Of a stretch of DNA of 64,000 nucleotides, positions 10,746 through 21,296 are shown one piece after another; within the stretch, counting starts at the first letter, position 1; every line of letters begins with the position of its first letter. A model generated the notes under the pieces. That model made no database searches, was not told the DNA's origin, and was given only the letters and a program-made list of their open reading frames with translations. Made by a program: the position numbers and the translations under genes. This DNA is from Candidatus Nanopelagicaceae bacterium (GTDB lineage Bacteria > Actinomycetota > Actinomycetes > Nanopelagicales > Nanopelagicaceae), in the NCBI GenBank assembly GCA_965658705.1, contig CBFHTP010000001.1, positions 931 through 64,930 of the forward strand. Reading direction: 5' to 3'.

Positions 10746-11570
10746 CTAGAAATTTGTGGAGTTCAGGGCCGCTCTAGCTACGGAGAGTAACTCGGCGCGC
10801 ATCGCACGGTAATCGAAGTGCAAACCAGAGAATAACGCAATCTGATCCAAAGCCTGTTCAACGAGGAGATCGACACCGTCGATAATCAGTGATCCGCGCT
10901 CCGCTGCGATCTTTGCTGTGGCTGTTGGTGATGGTCGGTAAAGCGATTCGAAATAGAGAGCAGGAGCCTTCGTCATCAATGATCCAAGATGATCAGCGGC
11001 TCCGATCGGCGAGGTATTGATCACTACATCATATGCAGCGATGTCGATATCCATTCCAACGTTCTTGACCCGTACATCTGGCGCTATAGCCTGTAAGGCC
11101 GCTAATCGATCATCACTTCTTAAAAGAAAATCACAGCTCGACAATTGAGCAGAGATAGCCCCAAACGCGGCTCGCGCAGTCCCGCCTCCCCCAATGATCG
11201 CCACTCGATTACCAGGCAGAGAGTTCAAAAGTCGTCCAAAGGCGAGAATGTCGGTGGAGGACGCAATCAACTTCTCTCGCTCTCGAACGAGAGTATTAAT
11301 CGAGTGAATTCTTCGAGCTGCATCATCGATTTCGATCTCGAGTAACTCCTTGGCAGTAGGTGAAAATAGAGCGCTCTTCAATGGCATCGTGAGTGAAAAA
11401 CCGTTCCAATCTTCCTCTTTTGACCCATCAAGGAACGAAACCAAGCCCTCTTCATGCATATCGATTGCCACATAACTTGCCTCTCTACCCAAACTTTCAT
11501 ACGCGAACGTGTGCAGAAGTGGCGAAAGTGAATGAGAGATAGGTGAGCCAAGAACCGCCGCTCTAATCAA
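10746..11570 (-). CDS. aroE: Shikimate dehydrogenase
   Basis: 274 aa; GSPISHSLSPLLH N-terminal motif and a GGGGTARA NADP-binding loop. Confidence 0.9.
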   Translation of the reverse strand: MIRAAVLGSPISHSLSPLLHTFAYESLGREASYVAIDMHEEGLVSFLDGSKEEDWNGFSLTMPLKSALFSPTAKELLEIEIDDAARRIHSINTLVREREKLIASSTDILAFGRLLNSLPGNRVAIIGGGGTARAAFGAISAQLSSCDFLLRSDDRLAALQAIAPDVRVKNVGMDIDIAAYDVVINTSPIGAADHLGSLMTKAPALYFESLYRPSPTATAKIAAERGSLIIDGVDLLVEQALDQIALFSGLHFDYRAMRAELLSVARAALNSTNF

Positions 11571-12565
11571 TTGAAAGCCCCCTTAGCTAGATTCTGGTTA
11601 AAGAGCGTGACCCAACCTTGAAACTCCTCATAATTTTTTGTGAATCGTGTGTCATGCGGCTTTACTGTAATGAAATATAGGGCATCAGTAACAGCAGGAT
11701 GAAGCGCCGCCACGATCGCCCCTTCTCCAGGATTTGAAATTGGTGTAGGTGGCAGGCCTGTGTGCAAATAGGTGTTGTAAGGAGATTGGAATTTTGTCGC
11801 TACCGCACTCAAACCAATTCGCCCACGGGAATTATTCGCATACTGCACCGTGGAATTGAGCTGGAGCGGCATACCAATAGCGAGCCGATTGTAAATTACC
11901 CGTGCTACTTGGGCAAAATCACTCTCGTCACCTTCGATTTGAACAAGTGAAGCCACAATCAAAACTTCATAAGGGGTCAGAGTTTTGTATCCCCCGCTTA
12001 ATCCAACCTTGGCAGCCTGTTCAGCGAAGGTTTTGAGCATTTGCGAAATGGCAGAGTTGGTTGATGTTCCGGGTGCAAATGCATAGGAAGCCGGAAAGAG
12101 CTCTCCTTCAATCGAGTTTCTAGGATTTTTCAAAGGTACTTCGATTCGACCTAGATCACCTGTGATGGAATTTTTGCGTAAGAGTGTTATTACGTCACTT
12201 TTGGTGCTTCCCTCAATCACTCGAATGATTCCCACCTTACGAGCGAAATCAAGAAGCTGCTCAAGGGCCTTTTTTGAGGTGATGTGAGTATCTATTCGAT
12301 GAATACCTGGTGCAATACGTCCGGCTTGCGGATCTCTCCGCGCAAGATCGTAGAAGGTTGAACTCTTAAGTATTACTCCTTGTGCTTCCAATTTTCGGCC
12401 GATGGCAGAGCCGCTATCACCAGCAATAACGTTGATCTCAATAGATGGGCCATTGGTATTCGCTGCAAATTCCGCCGGCGGTCTTGTAGCAATGTAGAGA
12501 GAGACTAAGAGAAAAATAAGAAACCCCAATAAAAGGGTGAGGAGAACCTTTCTGCGATCTTTCAT
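11567..12565 (-). CDS. mltG: Endolytic murein transglycosylase MltG (YceG-like)
   Basis: 332 aa with an N-terminal TM segment and a YceG-like C-terminus (ASLVQIEG...VIYNRL...LQLNSTVQY...SPYNTY). Sits in the ruvX-mltG-aroE arrangement. Confidence 0.88.
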   Translation of the reverse strand: MKDRRKVLLTLLLGFLIFLLVSLYIATRPPAEFAANTNGPSIEINVIAGDSGSAIGRKLEAQGVILKSSTFYDLARRDPQAGRIAPGIHRIDTHITSKKALEQLLDFARKVGIIRVIEGSTKSDVITLLRKNSITGDLGRIEVPLKNPRNSIEGELFPASYAFAPGTSTNSAISQMLKTFAEQAAKVGLSGGYKTLTPYEVLIVASLVQIEGDESDFAQVARVIYNRLAIGMPLQLNSTVQYANNSRGRIGLSAVATKFQSPYNTYLHTGLPPTPISNPGEGAIVAALHPAVTDALYFITVKPHDTRFTKNYEEFQGWVTLFNQNLAKGAFN

Positions 12566-12993
12566 AGCTCGCCTTGTAATCGCTCCCGATTCAGGGCAGC
12601 TTCCAATATCTCAACTGCAGCGGCGGCATCAATCATCGATTTTCTGGATTTTGCATCCTTGCCAGTTGCCCGCAGTTTTGCAGCGGCGCTCACCGTTGAA
12701 AGACGTTCATCAATCTTTATGATTGGGATTGAGGTGAGCCCACTGAGTTGAGTATGAAAAAGATCAACGCTGGCACCCTTGGAGCTTGCACTACCCGAGA
12801 GGTGCCTAGGTTCACCGAGGGCGATGTAGATGGGTGTGTACTCCTCAAAAATTGACACCAACTCATCGTTTAACATCGGTGACTGAGCCAAAAGAGTAGT
12901 GAGTGGTGAAGCCAATATTCCAGAAATGTCAGAGAGGGCAACCCCGATTCGGACGTCGCCATAGTCGAATGCGATTCTGCGGCCAGTCCTCAT
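12562..12993 (-). CDS. ruvX: Putative pre-16S rRNA nuclease / Holliday junction resolvase-like YqgF
   Basis: 143 aa; RIAFDYGDVRIGVALSD and the DERLST motif. Downstream of alaS. Confidence 0.9.
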   Translation of the reverse strand: MRTGRRIAFDYGDVRIGVALSDISGILASPLTTLLAQSPMLNDELVSIFEEYTPIYIALGEPRHLSGSASSKGASVDLFHTQLSGLTSIPIIKIDERLSTVSAAAKLRATGKDAKSRKSMIDAAAAVEILEAALNRERLQGEL

Positions 12994-13011
12994 CTACTTA
13001 ATGTACTGAAC

Positions 13012-15702
13012 TTACTTGGTGAGTGAGGCGAGTGAGGCTATCTCTGCTTTGATAGCCGCAAGTGCCTCTGCAATCTTTGTCAGTTGATCTCCCCCGCCTT
13101 GCGCGAAGTCATCTCTTCCACCACCACCGCCGCCTAATATTGTGGAACCGATTTTTACGAGCGCTCCAGCCTTGATGCCGTGCTCGATCGCAGTTTTCGA
13201 GGAGGCGACAACTAGCGTGACACGATCTGGGTTTATTGAGGCTAGGACTATAACTGAGTCAGGGCGACGGTTCTTTAAATCAAGGGCAAGGGTTCGCAGA
13301 TCATCACCAGAGATTCCTGCCGCAACTTCGGCAACCATGACATCGAGAGAGCCGACTCGGTCGGACTTGTTACTGAGTGCTTCTGCTCCAGCCAACGCTT
13401 GGGCTAATTTCAGCGCAGCAAGCTCTTTTTCAATGTCACGCATCTTTGTTAGCAGATCAGAGATTCGCTCTGGAAGCTCTTCTACCCTTGAACCCTTGAT
13501 TAACTCGGTGAGTGAATTAAGAAGAAGATGCTCGCGAGTTAGATAATCGAAAGCATCATGGCCAACGAGAGCTTCAACTCTACGTACCCCAGCACCAATG
13601 GAAGATTCGCTTAACAATTTGATCAGGCCTAGTTCGGCTGACGAGTTCACGTGGGTTCCACCGCATAACTCTCGGGCCCAATCACCCACTGACACGACTC
13701 GGACGCGGTCACCATATTTCTCGCCAAAAAGCGCCATTGCGCCCATAGCCTTAGCTTCTGGTTGACTCATGACCTCTGCTTTGACTTCTAAGTTCTCAAG
13801 TAGAAGGGAATTCACCCGAGCTTCTACATCGTGCAATACCGATTGCGGGACTGCTCCATTGGCAGGAAAATCGAAACGGAATCGTCCAGGAGCATTCTCA
13901 GAGCCAGCCTGAGTGGCAGTTTCGCCGAGCGCTTCGCGAAAAGCTTTGTGCACCATATGTGTCGCGGTGTGCGCACGTGAAATTGCCATACGACGCTGTC
14001 GGTCGATCTTTGCATAGACGTCAGATCCGACGATTACATGGCCGCTTTCTACACGCCCTCTGTGAATGTACAGACCCGGAACCGGGCTCTGAACATCGTC
14101 AATTTCGATGATTGCGCCATTTGCGAGTGTGATCAGACCACCATCTGAGAGCTGGCCACCTGCCTCAGAATAAAATGGAGTTCTATCTAACACAATTTCA
14201 AGTTCACTCCCAGCGTCTACTTCGGTGGCTTGTACGCCATCTACCAAAATCGCCTGAAGTTTTCCTTCACTCTCCATTTCAGAGTAGCCAGTGAATGAGG
14301 TTGTCCCGTAGGAATCTATGATCGAACGGTATGCGCTGAGATCGGTATGACCTGATTTCTTGCTTAGAGCATCTGCTTGTGCGCGAACTTTCTGTTCCTT
14401 CATTAGTCGCCGGAAGCCAGTTTCATCAACCGATAAACCTTGCTCGTTAGCCATTTCTAGTGTGAGATCAAAGGGAAAACCGAATGTGTCATGCAACTTA
14501 AATACCGTCTCACCAGCAAGACCGGGGGTACTCTGCTTTTTCGCTGCAACAACAGCAACATCAAAAATCGATGTACCTGATTTTAGAGTTTCCAGGAATG
14601 AGACCTCCTCTGCAGCGGCAACCTCGAGAATCCGTTCTTTATCCTCAATCAATTCTGGATATTGTGCGCCCATTGCCCCAATAGAAGATTGGACCAACTG
14701 AGAGAGATTGCGGTCTGGCGCTCCCAATATTCGCATATTTCGAATTGTTCTACGCATCATTCGACGAAGGACATAACCTCTTCCCTCGTTTGCGGGTAAG
14801 ACACCATCACCTATCAACATTGTTGCGGTTCGAGCGTGATCTGCGACCACTCGCAGAGAGATATCATTTCGCGCATCCTGACCGTATACCGACCCCGAAA
14901 TGGAAGAGGCCAACGAAAGAATCTGCACCGTCGTATCGATTTCATAGATATTTTCTACACCTTGAAGGAGCGCTGCCATTCGCTCCAAACCAAGGCCGGT
15001 GTCTATATTCTTTGCCGGAAGTTCGCCGAGAATTGGGTAGCTATCTTTACTTACGCTCTCGCCGCGAATACTCTGCATGAAAACTAAATTCCAAACCTCT
15101 AGGTATCGATTCTCATCGGCTATCGGTCCACCCTCATTTCCGTAGGCAGCTCCTCGATCAAAATAAATTTCAGAGCATGGCCCGCATGGACCTGGCACAC
15201 CCATCGACCAAAAATTATCAGCCATATCTCTGCGTTGAATGCGTTCTTTGGCAACTCCGATTTTCTTATGCCAAATATCCGCGGCTTCATCATCATCTAG
15301 ATAGACCGTCACCCATAGTTTTTCTTCCGGAAATCCATAGCCGCCTTCAGACATAGGCTTCGTGAGAAGTTCCCAAGCCATGGCGATCGCACCTTCTTTG
15401 AAATAATCACCAAACGAAAAATTCCCACACATTTGAAAGAATGATGCATGACGTGTCGTCTTACCAACTTCATCAATATCTAGGGTACGAACACATTTTT
15501 GAACGGATGTTGCCCGTAAATATGGAGGCTTCACCTCGCCTAAAAAATAAGGTTTAAATGGGACCATACCGGCATTGACTAAAAGTAAATTGGGATCATC
15601 CGCAATGAGTGAAGCTGATGGAACCACTGTATGTGTAAGGCTTTGACTATTTCCCGCTTCAAAGAAGCGCAACCATCTAGCTCTAATCTCTGCTGAATCC
15701 AC
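13012..15702 (-). CDS. alaS: Alanine--tRNA ligase
   Basis: 896 aa with a GTG start. Class II AlaRS motifs (FFEAGNS..., WSMG, editing HTATH...CGGTH) and a C-terminal DHHA1-like [14 protein letters not shown]. Confidence 0.96.
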   Translation of the reverse strand: MDSAEIRARWLRFFEAGNSQSLTHTVVPSASLIADDPNLLLVNAGMVPFKPYFLGEVKPPYLRATSVQKCVRTLDIDEVGKTTRHASFFQMCGNFSFGDYFKEGAIAMAWELLTKPMSEGGYGFPEEKLWVTVYLDDDEAADIWHKKIGVAKERIQRRDMADNFWSMGVPGPCGPCSEIYFDRGAAYGNEGGPIADENRYLEVWNLVFMQSIRGESVSKDSYPILGELPAKNIDTGLGLERMAALLQGVENIYEIDTTVQILSLASSISGSVYGQDARNDISLRVVADHARTATMLIGDGVLPANEGRGYVLRRMMRRTIRNMRILGAPDRNLSQLVQSSIGAMGAQYPELIEDKERILEVAAAEEVSFLETLKSGTSIFDVAVVAAKKQSTPGLAGETVFKLHDTFGFPFDLTLEMANEQGLSVDETGFRRLMKEQKVRAQADALSKKSGHTDLSAYRSIIDSYGTTSFTGYSEMESEGKLQAILVDGVQATEVDAGSELEIVLDRTPFYSEAGGQLSDGGLITLANGAIIEIDDVQSPVPGLYIHRGRVESGHVIVGSDVYAKIDRQRRMAISRAHTATHMVHKAFREALGETATQAGSENAPGRFRFDFPANGAVPQSVLHDVEARVNSLLLENLEVKAEVMSQPEAKAMGAMALFGEKYGDRVRVVSVGDWARELCGGTHVNSSAELGLIKLLSESSIGAGVRRVEALVGHDAFDYLTREHLLLNSLTELIKGSRVEELPERISDLLTKMRDIEKELAALKLAQALAGAEALSNKSDRVGSLDVMVAEVAAGISGDDLRTLALDLKNRRPDSVIVLASINPDRVTLVVASSKTAIEHGIKAGALVKIGSTILGGGGGGRDDFAQGGGDQLTKIAEALAAIKAEIASLASLTK

Positions 15703-15704
15703 CC

Positions 15705-15998
15705 TTAGCGCGAACTCTCGTCGAAGCCCTTAGAAGAACGCTTCTTGGTGAGCGCAGTGGTGAGGAAGCCGGTAATCAACTTCAGCAAATGAGAATTCTT
15801 ATCGACGAGCTCAGCGATCGCTTCGTTTACCTTCAGCGTTGCTTTTTCAGCGGCCGTGGTAATTCGATTGACGCTTCGTACCGTTCCTTGGACTTCGCCG
15901 ACTAGGCGAGCCACCTTGATGACAGCGTAGGCGATAGCTATCGCGATGATTAGGAGCGAAGCTGCTGCGATGATTGCCGCTATTCCACCAGGACTCAT
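15705..15998 (-). CDS. DUF948-like small membrane protein
   Basis: 97 aa with an N-terminal TM segment followed by a helical region. Lies immediately upstream of alaS, as in many actinobacteria. Confidence 0.6.
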   Translation of the reverse strand: MSPGGIAAIIAAASLLIIAIAIAYAVIKVARLVGEVQGTVRSVNRITTAAEKATLKVNEAIAELVDKNSHLLKLITGFLTTALTKKRSSKGFDESSR

Positions 15999-16073
15999 AG
16001 CCCAACCTTACTAGAAGTAAACCTCACTTCCGGTCTACAGGAGTTGATCTCCCCCACTCGAAGTCACCTGCCT

Positions 16074-17825
16074 CTACTTGACGACCGGTGGCGTGAAATC
16101 GATAGCCGCCTCTTTTCGCTGCGCAGTCGTGATTGGTGTTGGCGCACCAGTAAGCGGATCGCCGCCACTCGCCGTCTTTGGGAAGGCGATCACCTCTCTG
16201 ATGGAATCTGAACCGGTAAGAAGTGCGCAGACTCGGTCCATCCCCAGGGCAATTCCACCATGTGGCGGCGGGCCATAGTTAAATGCTTCTAACAAGAAAC
16301 CAAACTTACTTTCAGCTTCTGCCGCGGAGAGGCCAATCGTCGTAAATACACGTTGCTGCATCTCCCGTTCGTGAATTCTGATTGACCCGCCGCCCAGTTC
16401 GGTTCCGTTCAGAACAATGTCATAGGCGTACGCGAGAGCATTTGCAGGATCGGTATCGAATGTCTCTCTGAACTCAGGTTTCGGGCCAGTGAATGGATGA
16501 TGGACCGCAGTCCAACCACTCTCTGGATTCTCTGGATCTACAAGTTCAAACATTGGAGCATCAACAACCCAGAGGAATTTCCACTCCCCCTCGGGGATCA
16601 AATTGCAACGTTTACCAATTTCTAGCCGCATAGCTCCTAGTAAATTTTGAGAAGCGACTTTATTTCCAGCTGCAAAGAAGATTGCATCTCCATTCTTTGC
16701 ACCTACTGCAGCAGATATTCCCCGTGTTTCAATCTCAGATAAATTCTTTGCGACTGGACCCGCGAGCGAACCATCCTTTTCGACCAAAATGTAAGCGAGA
16801 CCCTTAGCTCCTCGAGCTTTAGCCCAATCCTGCCATGCATCCAACTCGCGACGAGGTGAGTCTGCCCCACCAGGCATTACGACTGCGCCAACATAATCAG
16901 ATTGGAAAACTCGAAACGTCGTCTCTTTGAAGAAGTCTGTGACCTCTGTTAACTCAAAACCAAATCGCAGATCTGGCTTATCAGATCCAAAGCGACGCAT
17001 GCATTCGAAGTAAGTCATGCGAGGAATCGGCATCGGGATCACATAACCGACAGCCTTTTTGAATATAGAGGTGAGTACCTCTTCGGCAACTTTCACAACA
17101 TCTTCCTGATCAACAAATGACATTTCGATATCAAGTTGGGTGAACTCTGGTTGGCGATCAGCTCGGAAATCTTCATCACGAAAACATCGCGCGATTTGGT
17201 AATAGCGTTCCATTCCAGCAACCATGAGGAGTTGCTTAAATAGCTGAGGTGATTGCGGAAGTGCATACCAAGAACCTGGCTGGAGTCTTACTGGTACGAG
17301 AAAATCACGGGCGCCCTCTGGAGTCGAACGAGTTAAGTAAGGTGTTTCAATCTCTAGAAAATTGAGGTCATCCATGATCTGTCTTATCGAAGAGGTGACT
17401 TTGGAACGAAGCCGCAGGTTTCGAGAGGGGGTCTCTCTACGTAGATCTAGATAGCGATATTTGAGACGGATCTCTTCGCTAATTTGAGATGTGTCACCAC
17501 TATCAACAGGAAACGGCAGGGCGGCCGATTCACTCAAGACTTCCAGCTTTGTGCATTCGATTTCAATTTCACCTGTTGGAAGAGTTGAATTGTTATTTCC
17601 CTCAGGGCGCAGGCGGATCATGCCGGTTATAAGCACGCACCACTCTGCTCGCAAAGCTCCTGCAATCTCATCCTTAATAACAACCTGAACTGATCCTGAA
17701 GCATCTCTCAGGTCAATAAAGGCAACTCCCCCATGATCACGTCGTCTCGCCACCCAACCCGCCAGGATAACCTCTGAACCAGCATCCTGGGCTCGTAGTG
17801 TGCCTGCATCGTGAGTCCGTAACAT
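16074..17825 (-). CDS. aspS: Aspartate--tRNA ligase
   Basis: 583 aa; OB-fold N-domain ([19 protein letters not shown]) and class II core motifs ([21 protein letters not shown]). Confidence 0.96.
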   Translation of the reverse strand: MLRTHDAGTLRAQDAGSEVILAGWVARRRDHGGVAFIDLRDASGSVQVVIKDEIAGALRAEWCVLITGMIRLRPEGNNNSTLPTGEIEIECTKLEVLSESAALPFPVDSGDTSQISEEIRLKYRYLDLRRETPSRNLRLRSKVTSSIRQIMDDLNFLEIETPYLTRSTPEGARDFLVPVRLQPGSWYALPQSPQLFKQLLMVAGMERYYQIARCFRDEDFRADRQPEFTQLDIEMSFVDQEDVVKVAEEVLTSIFKKAVGYVIPMPIPRMTYFECMRRFGSDKPDLRFGFELTEVTDFFKETTFRVFQSDYVGAVVMPGGADSPRRELDAWQDWAKARGAKGLAYILVEKDGSLAGPVAKNLSEIETRGISAAVGAKNGDAIFFAAGNKVASQNLLGAMRLEIGKRCNLIPEGEWKFLWVVDAPMFELVDPENPESGWTAVHHPFTGPKPEFRETFDTDPANALAYAYDIVLNGTELGGGSIRIHEREMQQRVFTTIGLSAAEAESKFGFLLEAFNYGPPPHGGIALGMDRVCALLTGSDSIREVIAFPKTASGGDPLTGAPTPITTAQRKEAAIDFTPPVVK

Positions 17826-17828
17826 CTT

Positions 17829-19079
17829 TTAAGCTCCAAGAATCTCGTGTAAAGAAGAGATCTTAACCGATCTGATTTCTCCAGTTTCCATATTTTTTAG
17901 CTTCGCTATCCCGGAGCGAAGCTCGTCCTCTCCTAAAACAAGACTGAACTTAGCCCCACTTTTATCGGCAGCCTTCATTCCACCTTTAACGGAGCGATCT
18001 CCATAGGCAAGATCGACTCGCAGCCCTCGTTCTCGAAGTTGGTTTGCTACTAAAACTGCCTGTCGCTTATTTTCCGGTTTCATCGGTACTACATAAAGAT
18101 CGAGCCGATGTTCATCAGGGAAAGAGATACCCTCGGCCTCACATGCCAACAGAACTCTATCCACGCCAATCCCAAAACCTATTCCTGAGAGTGCAGAACC
18201 GCCAAGTTGCTCCATCAGGCCGTCGTATCGACCACCACCACCAATCCCCGATTGAGATCCGAGGCCATGATGAACAAATTCGAATGCAGTCCCTGTGTAG
18301 TAATCAAGCCCGCGAACCATTCGAGCGTTCACTGTATATGCGATGCCCATTTCATCAAGAAGAGATTTAACTTTTTCGAAATGGAGCGCACTCTCGGGAG
18401 TGAGATAATCCATCAAAACCGGCGCGCCTTTCATGACGCTTCGAATATTTTCCCGCTTATCGTCAAAGAGGCGGAGTGGATTGATTCGAGTGCGGGCACG
18501 CGTCTCTTCGTCAAGCTCAAGCCCAGAGAGAAAGGCAAGCAACTCAATCTCGTATGCAGCGCGTGTAGCGGTGTCACCAAGGGAGGTGATCTCTAGCGTA
18601 AAATTCTTTAATCCCAACTTTGCGAAGGCCCTTGAAGCAGTTGCAATAACTTCGACATCGATCTCTGGATCATCCGACCCAATTGCTTCAATGCCAACTT
18701 GGTAGAACTGGCGAAATCTGCCAGCCTGAGGTCGCTCAGCTCTAAAAAACTGTCCCGAATACCACACTTTGATCGGCAGTTGGCCACGATCAAGGCTATG
18801 CTCAATAACAGAGCGTATGACACCGGCAGTACCTTCAGGTCGAAGCGTCATTGACCTTCCGCCGCGATCTTCAAATGTGTACATCTCTTTACTGACAACG
18901 TCAGTCGATTCTCCTACACCTCTGGTAAACAATTCAGTATCTTCGAAAACTGGTAATTCAATCAGTTGGTAACCGGCCAATTGAGCGGATTGAACCAGGC
19001 TCCTGCGAACGTAGTCGAACGCCGCCGATCTTGCCGGGTAATACTCACTCACACCTTTAGGTGCCTGGAAGCTAACCAT
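17829..19079 (-). CDS. hisS: Histidine--tRNA ligase
   Basis: 416 aa; class II HisRS motifs ([35 protein letters not shown]). Confidence 0.95.
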   Translation of the reverse strand: MVSFQAPKGVSEYYPARSAAFDYVRRSLVQSAQLAGYQLIELPVFEDTELFTRGVGESTDVVSKEMYTFEDRGGRSMTLRPEGTAGVIRSVIEHSLDRGQLPIKVWYSGQFFRAERPQAGRFRQFYQVGIEAIGSDDPEIDVEVIATASRAFAKLGLKNFTLEITSLGDTATRAAYEIELLAFLSGLELDEETRARTRINPLRLFDDKRENIRSVMKGAPVLMDYLTPESALHFEKVKSLLDEMGIAYTVNARMVRGLDYYTGTAFEFVHHGLGSQSGIGGGGRYDGLMEQLGGSALSGIGFGIGVDRVLLACEAEGISFPDEHRLDLYVVPMKPENKRQAVLVANQLRERGLRVDLAYGDRSVKGGMKAADKSGAKFSLVLGEDELRSGIAKLKNMETGEIRSVKISSLHEILGA

Positions 19080-19764
19080 TGCCGCCCCCTAAGTAACTAT
19101 CCGTGAGATACGGATTATGTTTTCGTTCACGCCCAATTGTAGTTACTTGACCGTGACCTGGAAGCACATTCACTTCATCGCCCAATGGCAGGATTTTATG
19201 CTGAAGTGTCTTGCGCATATCAGAATCTGATGCAGTTGGCATATCGGTTCGGCCAATCCCGCTATGAAAGAGAACATCGCCAGAGATGAGGTACTCGTCG
19301 TTCACCAAAAACATGGTAGAACCAGCGGTGTGGCCCGGAGCGTGAATTGCTGTCAGGTCGAAGCCAGCGAGAGAAAATCTCTCTCCACCATGGAGCGTTT
19401 CTATTTTCTCGGGTTCTTTAAATTCAGTGACTCCGAAACTATCCATTATCTGCTTTGTCATCCCATCCTTAGCGAGCACGCTGAACGGATTCTTAAGTGC
19501 AGGCCGATCAACTTTATGAATGTAGGTGCTCACTCCGTATTCCTGTGAAAAGGGAAGAACCGAGAAGGTATGATCGAGATGCCCGTGGGTAATGATCGTC
19601 GCAATCGGCTTTAGATTGAACTTTCGAAAGACCTCAGTGAGGGCTGGCACGATGGAAGGGGCAGTGATCCCTGGATCAACAATGAAACACTCCGAGTTTC
19701 GATTCGGGGCAAAAATCCAGCAATTCGTCTGGAAAGCCTCAGCAGGCACAACCTCCAAAATCAA
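19072..19764 (-). CDS. MBL-fold metallo-hydrolase (glyoxalase II-like)
   Basis: 230 aa with the THGHLDH zinc motif followed by HAPGHT. TTG start as given by the track; overlaps hisS by 8 nt. Confidence 0.85.
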   Translation of the reverse strand: MILEVVPAEAFQTNCWIFAPNRNSECFIVDPGITAPSIVPALTEVFRKFNLKPIATIITHGHLDHTFSVLPFSQEYGVSTYIHKVDRPALKNPFSVLAKDGMTKQIMDSFGVTEFKEPEKIETLHGGERFSLAGFDLTAIHAPGHTAGSTMFLVNDEYLISGDVLFHSGIGRTDMPTASDSDMRKTLQHKILPLGDEVNVLPGHGQVTTIGRERKHNPYLTDSYLGGGNG

Positions 19765-19967
19765 GAAGAGACCTCCACTCTGTGTTTATCGATGCCCATC
19801 TTTCGATTGGGCCCCCTTTTGAGGGGTACCAGACGGGCGCTTTCCTCCTGCCAGGGTTTAAGGGTACCTTTTACCCCCGTCTACCAGCCCCACCTTTCCA
19901 TCATCAACCAATAACGGCGGACCTCAACCGGGTCTAACGCGCAATTTACTTATTACTAGGAGAAGTC

Positions 19968-21272
19968 ATGGACCAAGTTTCATCAGCAGCCGGAGCCCCT
20001 ACCCCAGCATCAGCACTCGTTGGAAATCCAGCCGAATTTGGAAGAGTTGCAGAAGATGGAACGGTTTATGTCAGAACTCCTCAAGGTGAGATTGCGGTCG
20101 GCTCTTATCCGGGCAAGAGTGCCGAAGAGGCTCTCGCCTACTTTGTTCGAAAATTTGAAGCAGTTGCTTCAGAGGTCGCCCTGCTTGCCGCAAGAATTAA
20201 AAGTGGCGCCCTAGTCCCTTCCGACGCCTTAGAGGCCGTTGCTAAAGTGAAGGAGCAGGTTAAAAGTCTCAATGGTGTCGGCGATTTAGAGACACTTGCA
20301 AAATCAGTCGATCAAATTCCAGATCTGATCGAAGGGCATAAAGCCGCTTACGAAGCGAAGGTAGCCGCCGAAAAAGCTGCGAAAGAAGCCAAACGAGCTG
20401 AAGCAGCCATTTTTAAAGGCAAGCTCGTAGAAGAGGCTGAGTCACTGGCGCTTTCTGACTCCTGGAAATCAACCTCGGAGAGATTGAAGGTTCTCCTAAA
20501 TGAGTGGAAGGCCGCGCCCCGCCTCGACAAAAAGTCTGATACTGACCTTTGGAAGAGATTCTCCTCTTCTAGAAATAAATTTGATAAACGACGCCGTACG
20601 CATTTCGCAGAGCTAGAAGCAAGCACGGCAATCGTGGTCGCTAAAAAACAAGCAGTGATTGAAGAAGCGAAAAAATTAGCCTCCTCCAAGGAGTGGCTAC
20701 CTACCGCCAACCGATTCAAAGCTCTGATGACTGAGTGGAAGAGCGCTGGCCGAGGTAAGCGCACTGTGGATACGAAAATGTGGAACGAATTTAAAGCGGC
20801 GCAGGATCAATTTTTCGTTGCCAAGAACGCCGATCTAGAGAAGCGTCAACGAACAATGAGTGAGAATCTTGCCAAGCGCGAGTTGCTCATCGTCGAGATT
20901 GAGGCAATTATCCCGGTCGCTGATTTGGCTGCCTCTCGGAAGCGATTCAATGAGTTGAGTGAGAAATGGCTCAAGATCGGTATGACAGAGCGATCAAAGC
21001 GCGCTGCGCTCGACCTACGTTTCGAAAAAGTTGAGACTGTATTAGCTGATCTTTCCGATGAACATCACCGTCGAACTGATCCAACGGCAGTCGCTCATGC
21101 CAACAACGTTGTGACTGGACTAGAAGATGCAATCCTGAACTACGAAAAACAAGCGGCAAAGGCCGAGGCTGCAGGCAACGCAGCCAAAGCCGTTATTGCT
21201 AAAGAAGCTGCTGCTGCTCGAAGAGTATGGCTTGAAGAGGCGAAAAAAGGGTTATCTGACTTTTCGGTCTGA
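19968..21272 (+). CDS. DUF349 repeat protein
   Basis: 434 aa, Lys/Glu/Ala-rich. It carries about three copies of the DUF349-type repeat (W...EWK.A.R.....D..LW.RF......F..RR). Confidence 0.75.
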   Translation: MDQVSSAAGAPTPASALVGNPAEFGRVAEDGTVYVRTPQGEIAVGSYPGKSAEEALAYFVRKFEAVASEVALLAARIKSGALVPSDALEAVAKVKEQVKSLNGVGDLETLAKSVDQIPDLIEGHKAAYEAKVAAEKAAKEAKRAEAAIFKGKLVEEAESLALSDSWKSTSERLKVLLNEWKAAPRLDKKSDTDLWKRFSSSRNKFDKRRRTHFAELEASTAIVVAKKQAVIEEAKKLASSKEWLPTANRFKALMTEWKSAGRGKRTVDTKMWNEFKAAQDQFFVAKNADLEKRQRTMSENLAKRELLIVEIEAIIPVADLAASRKRFNELSEKWLKIGMTERSKRAALDLRFEKVETVLADLSDEHHRRTDPTAVAHANNVVTGLEDAILNYEKQAAKAEAAGNAAKAVIAKEAAAARRVWLEEAKKGLSDFSV

Positions 21273-21296
21273 TTTTTTTCAGTTATTCTACTTATT

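Noticed and set aside
15703-19079. T-box or other leader elements upstream of alaS, aspS, hisS and thrS
   Set aside because: These genes are separated from their upstream neighbours by only 2-75 nt, or overlap them, which is not enough room for a T-box. No specifier/T-box consensus was seen.
19765-19967. 6C-type small RNA (C-rich loops)
   Set aside because: C-runs are present, but I could not fold the two adjacent hairpins with C-rich loops that define the 6C family. The genomic context is also not the one I recall for 6C.
21273-21296. Bidirectional terminator between the convergent DUF349 and relA genes
   Set aside because: A T-run (TGATTTTTTT) is present, but the preceding stem is at most 3-4 bp, which gives no convincing hairpin.
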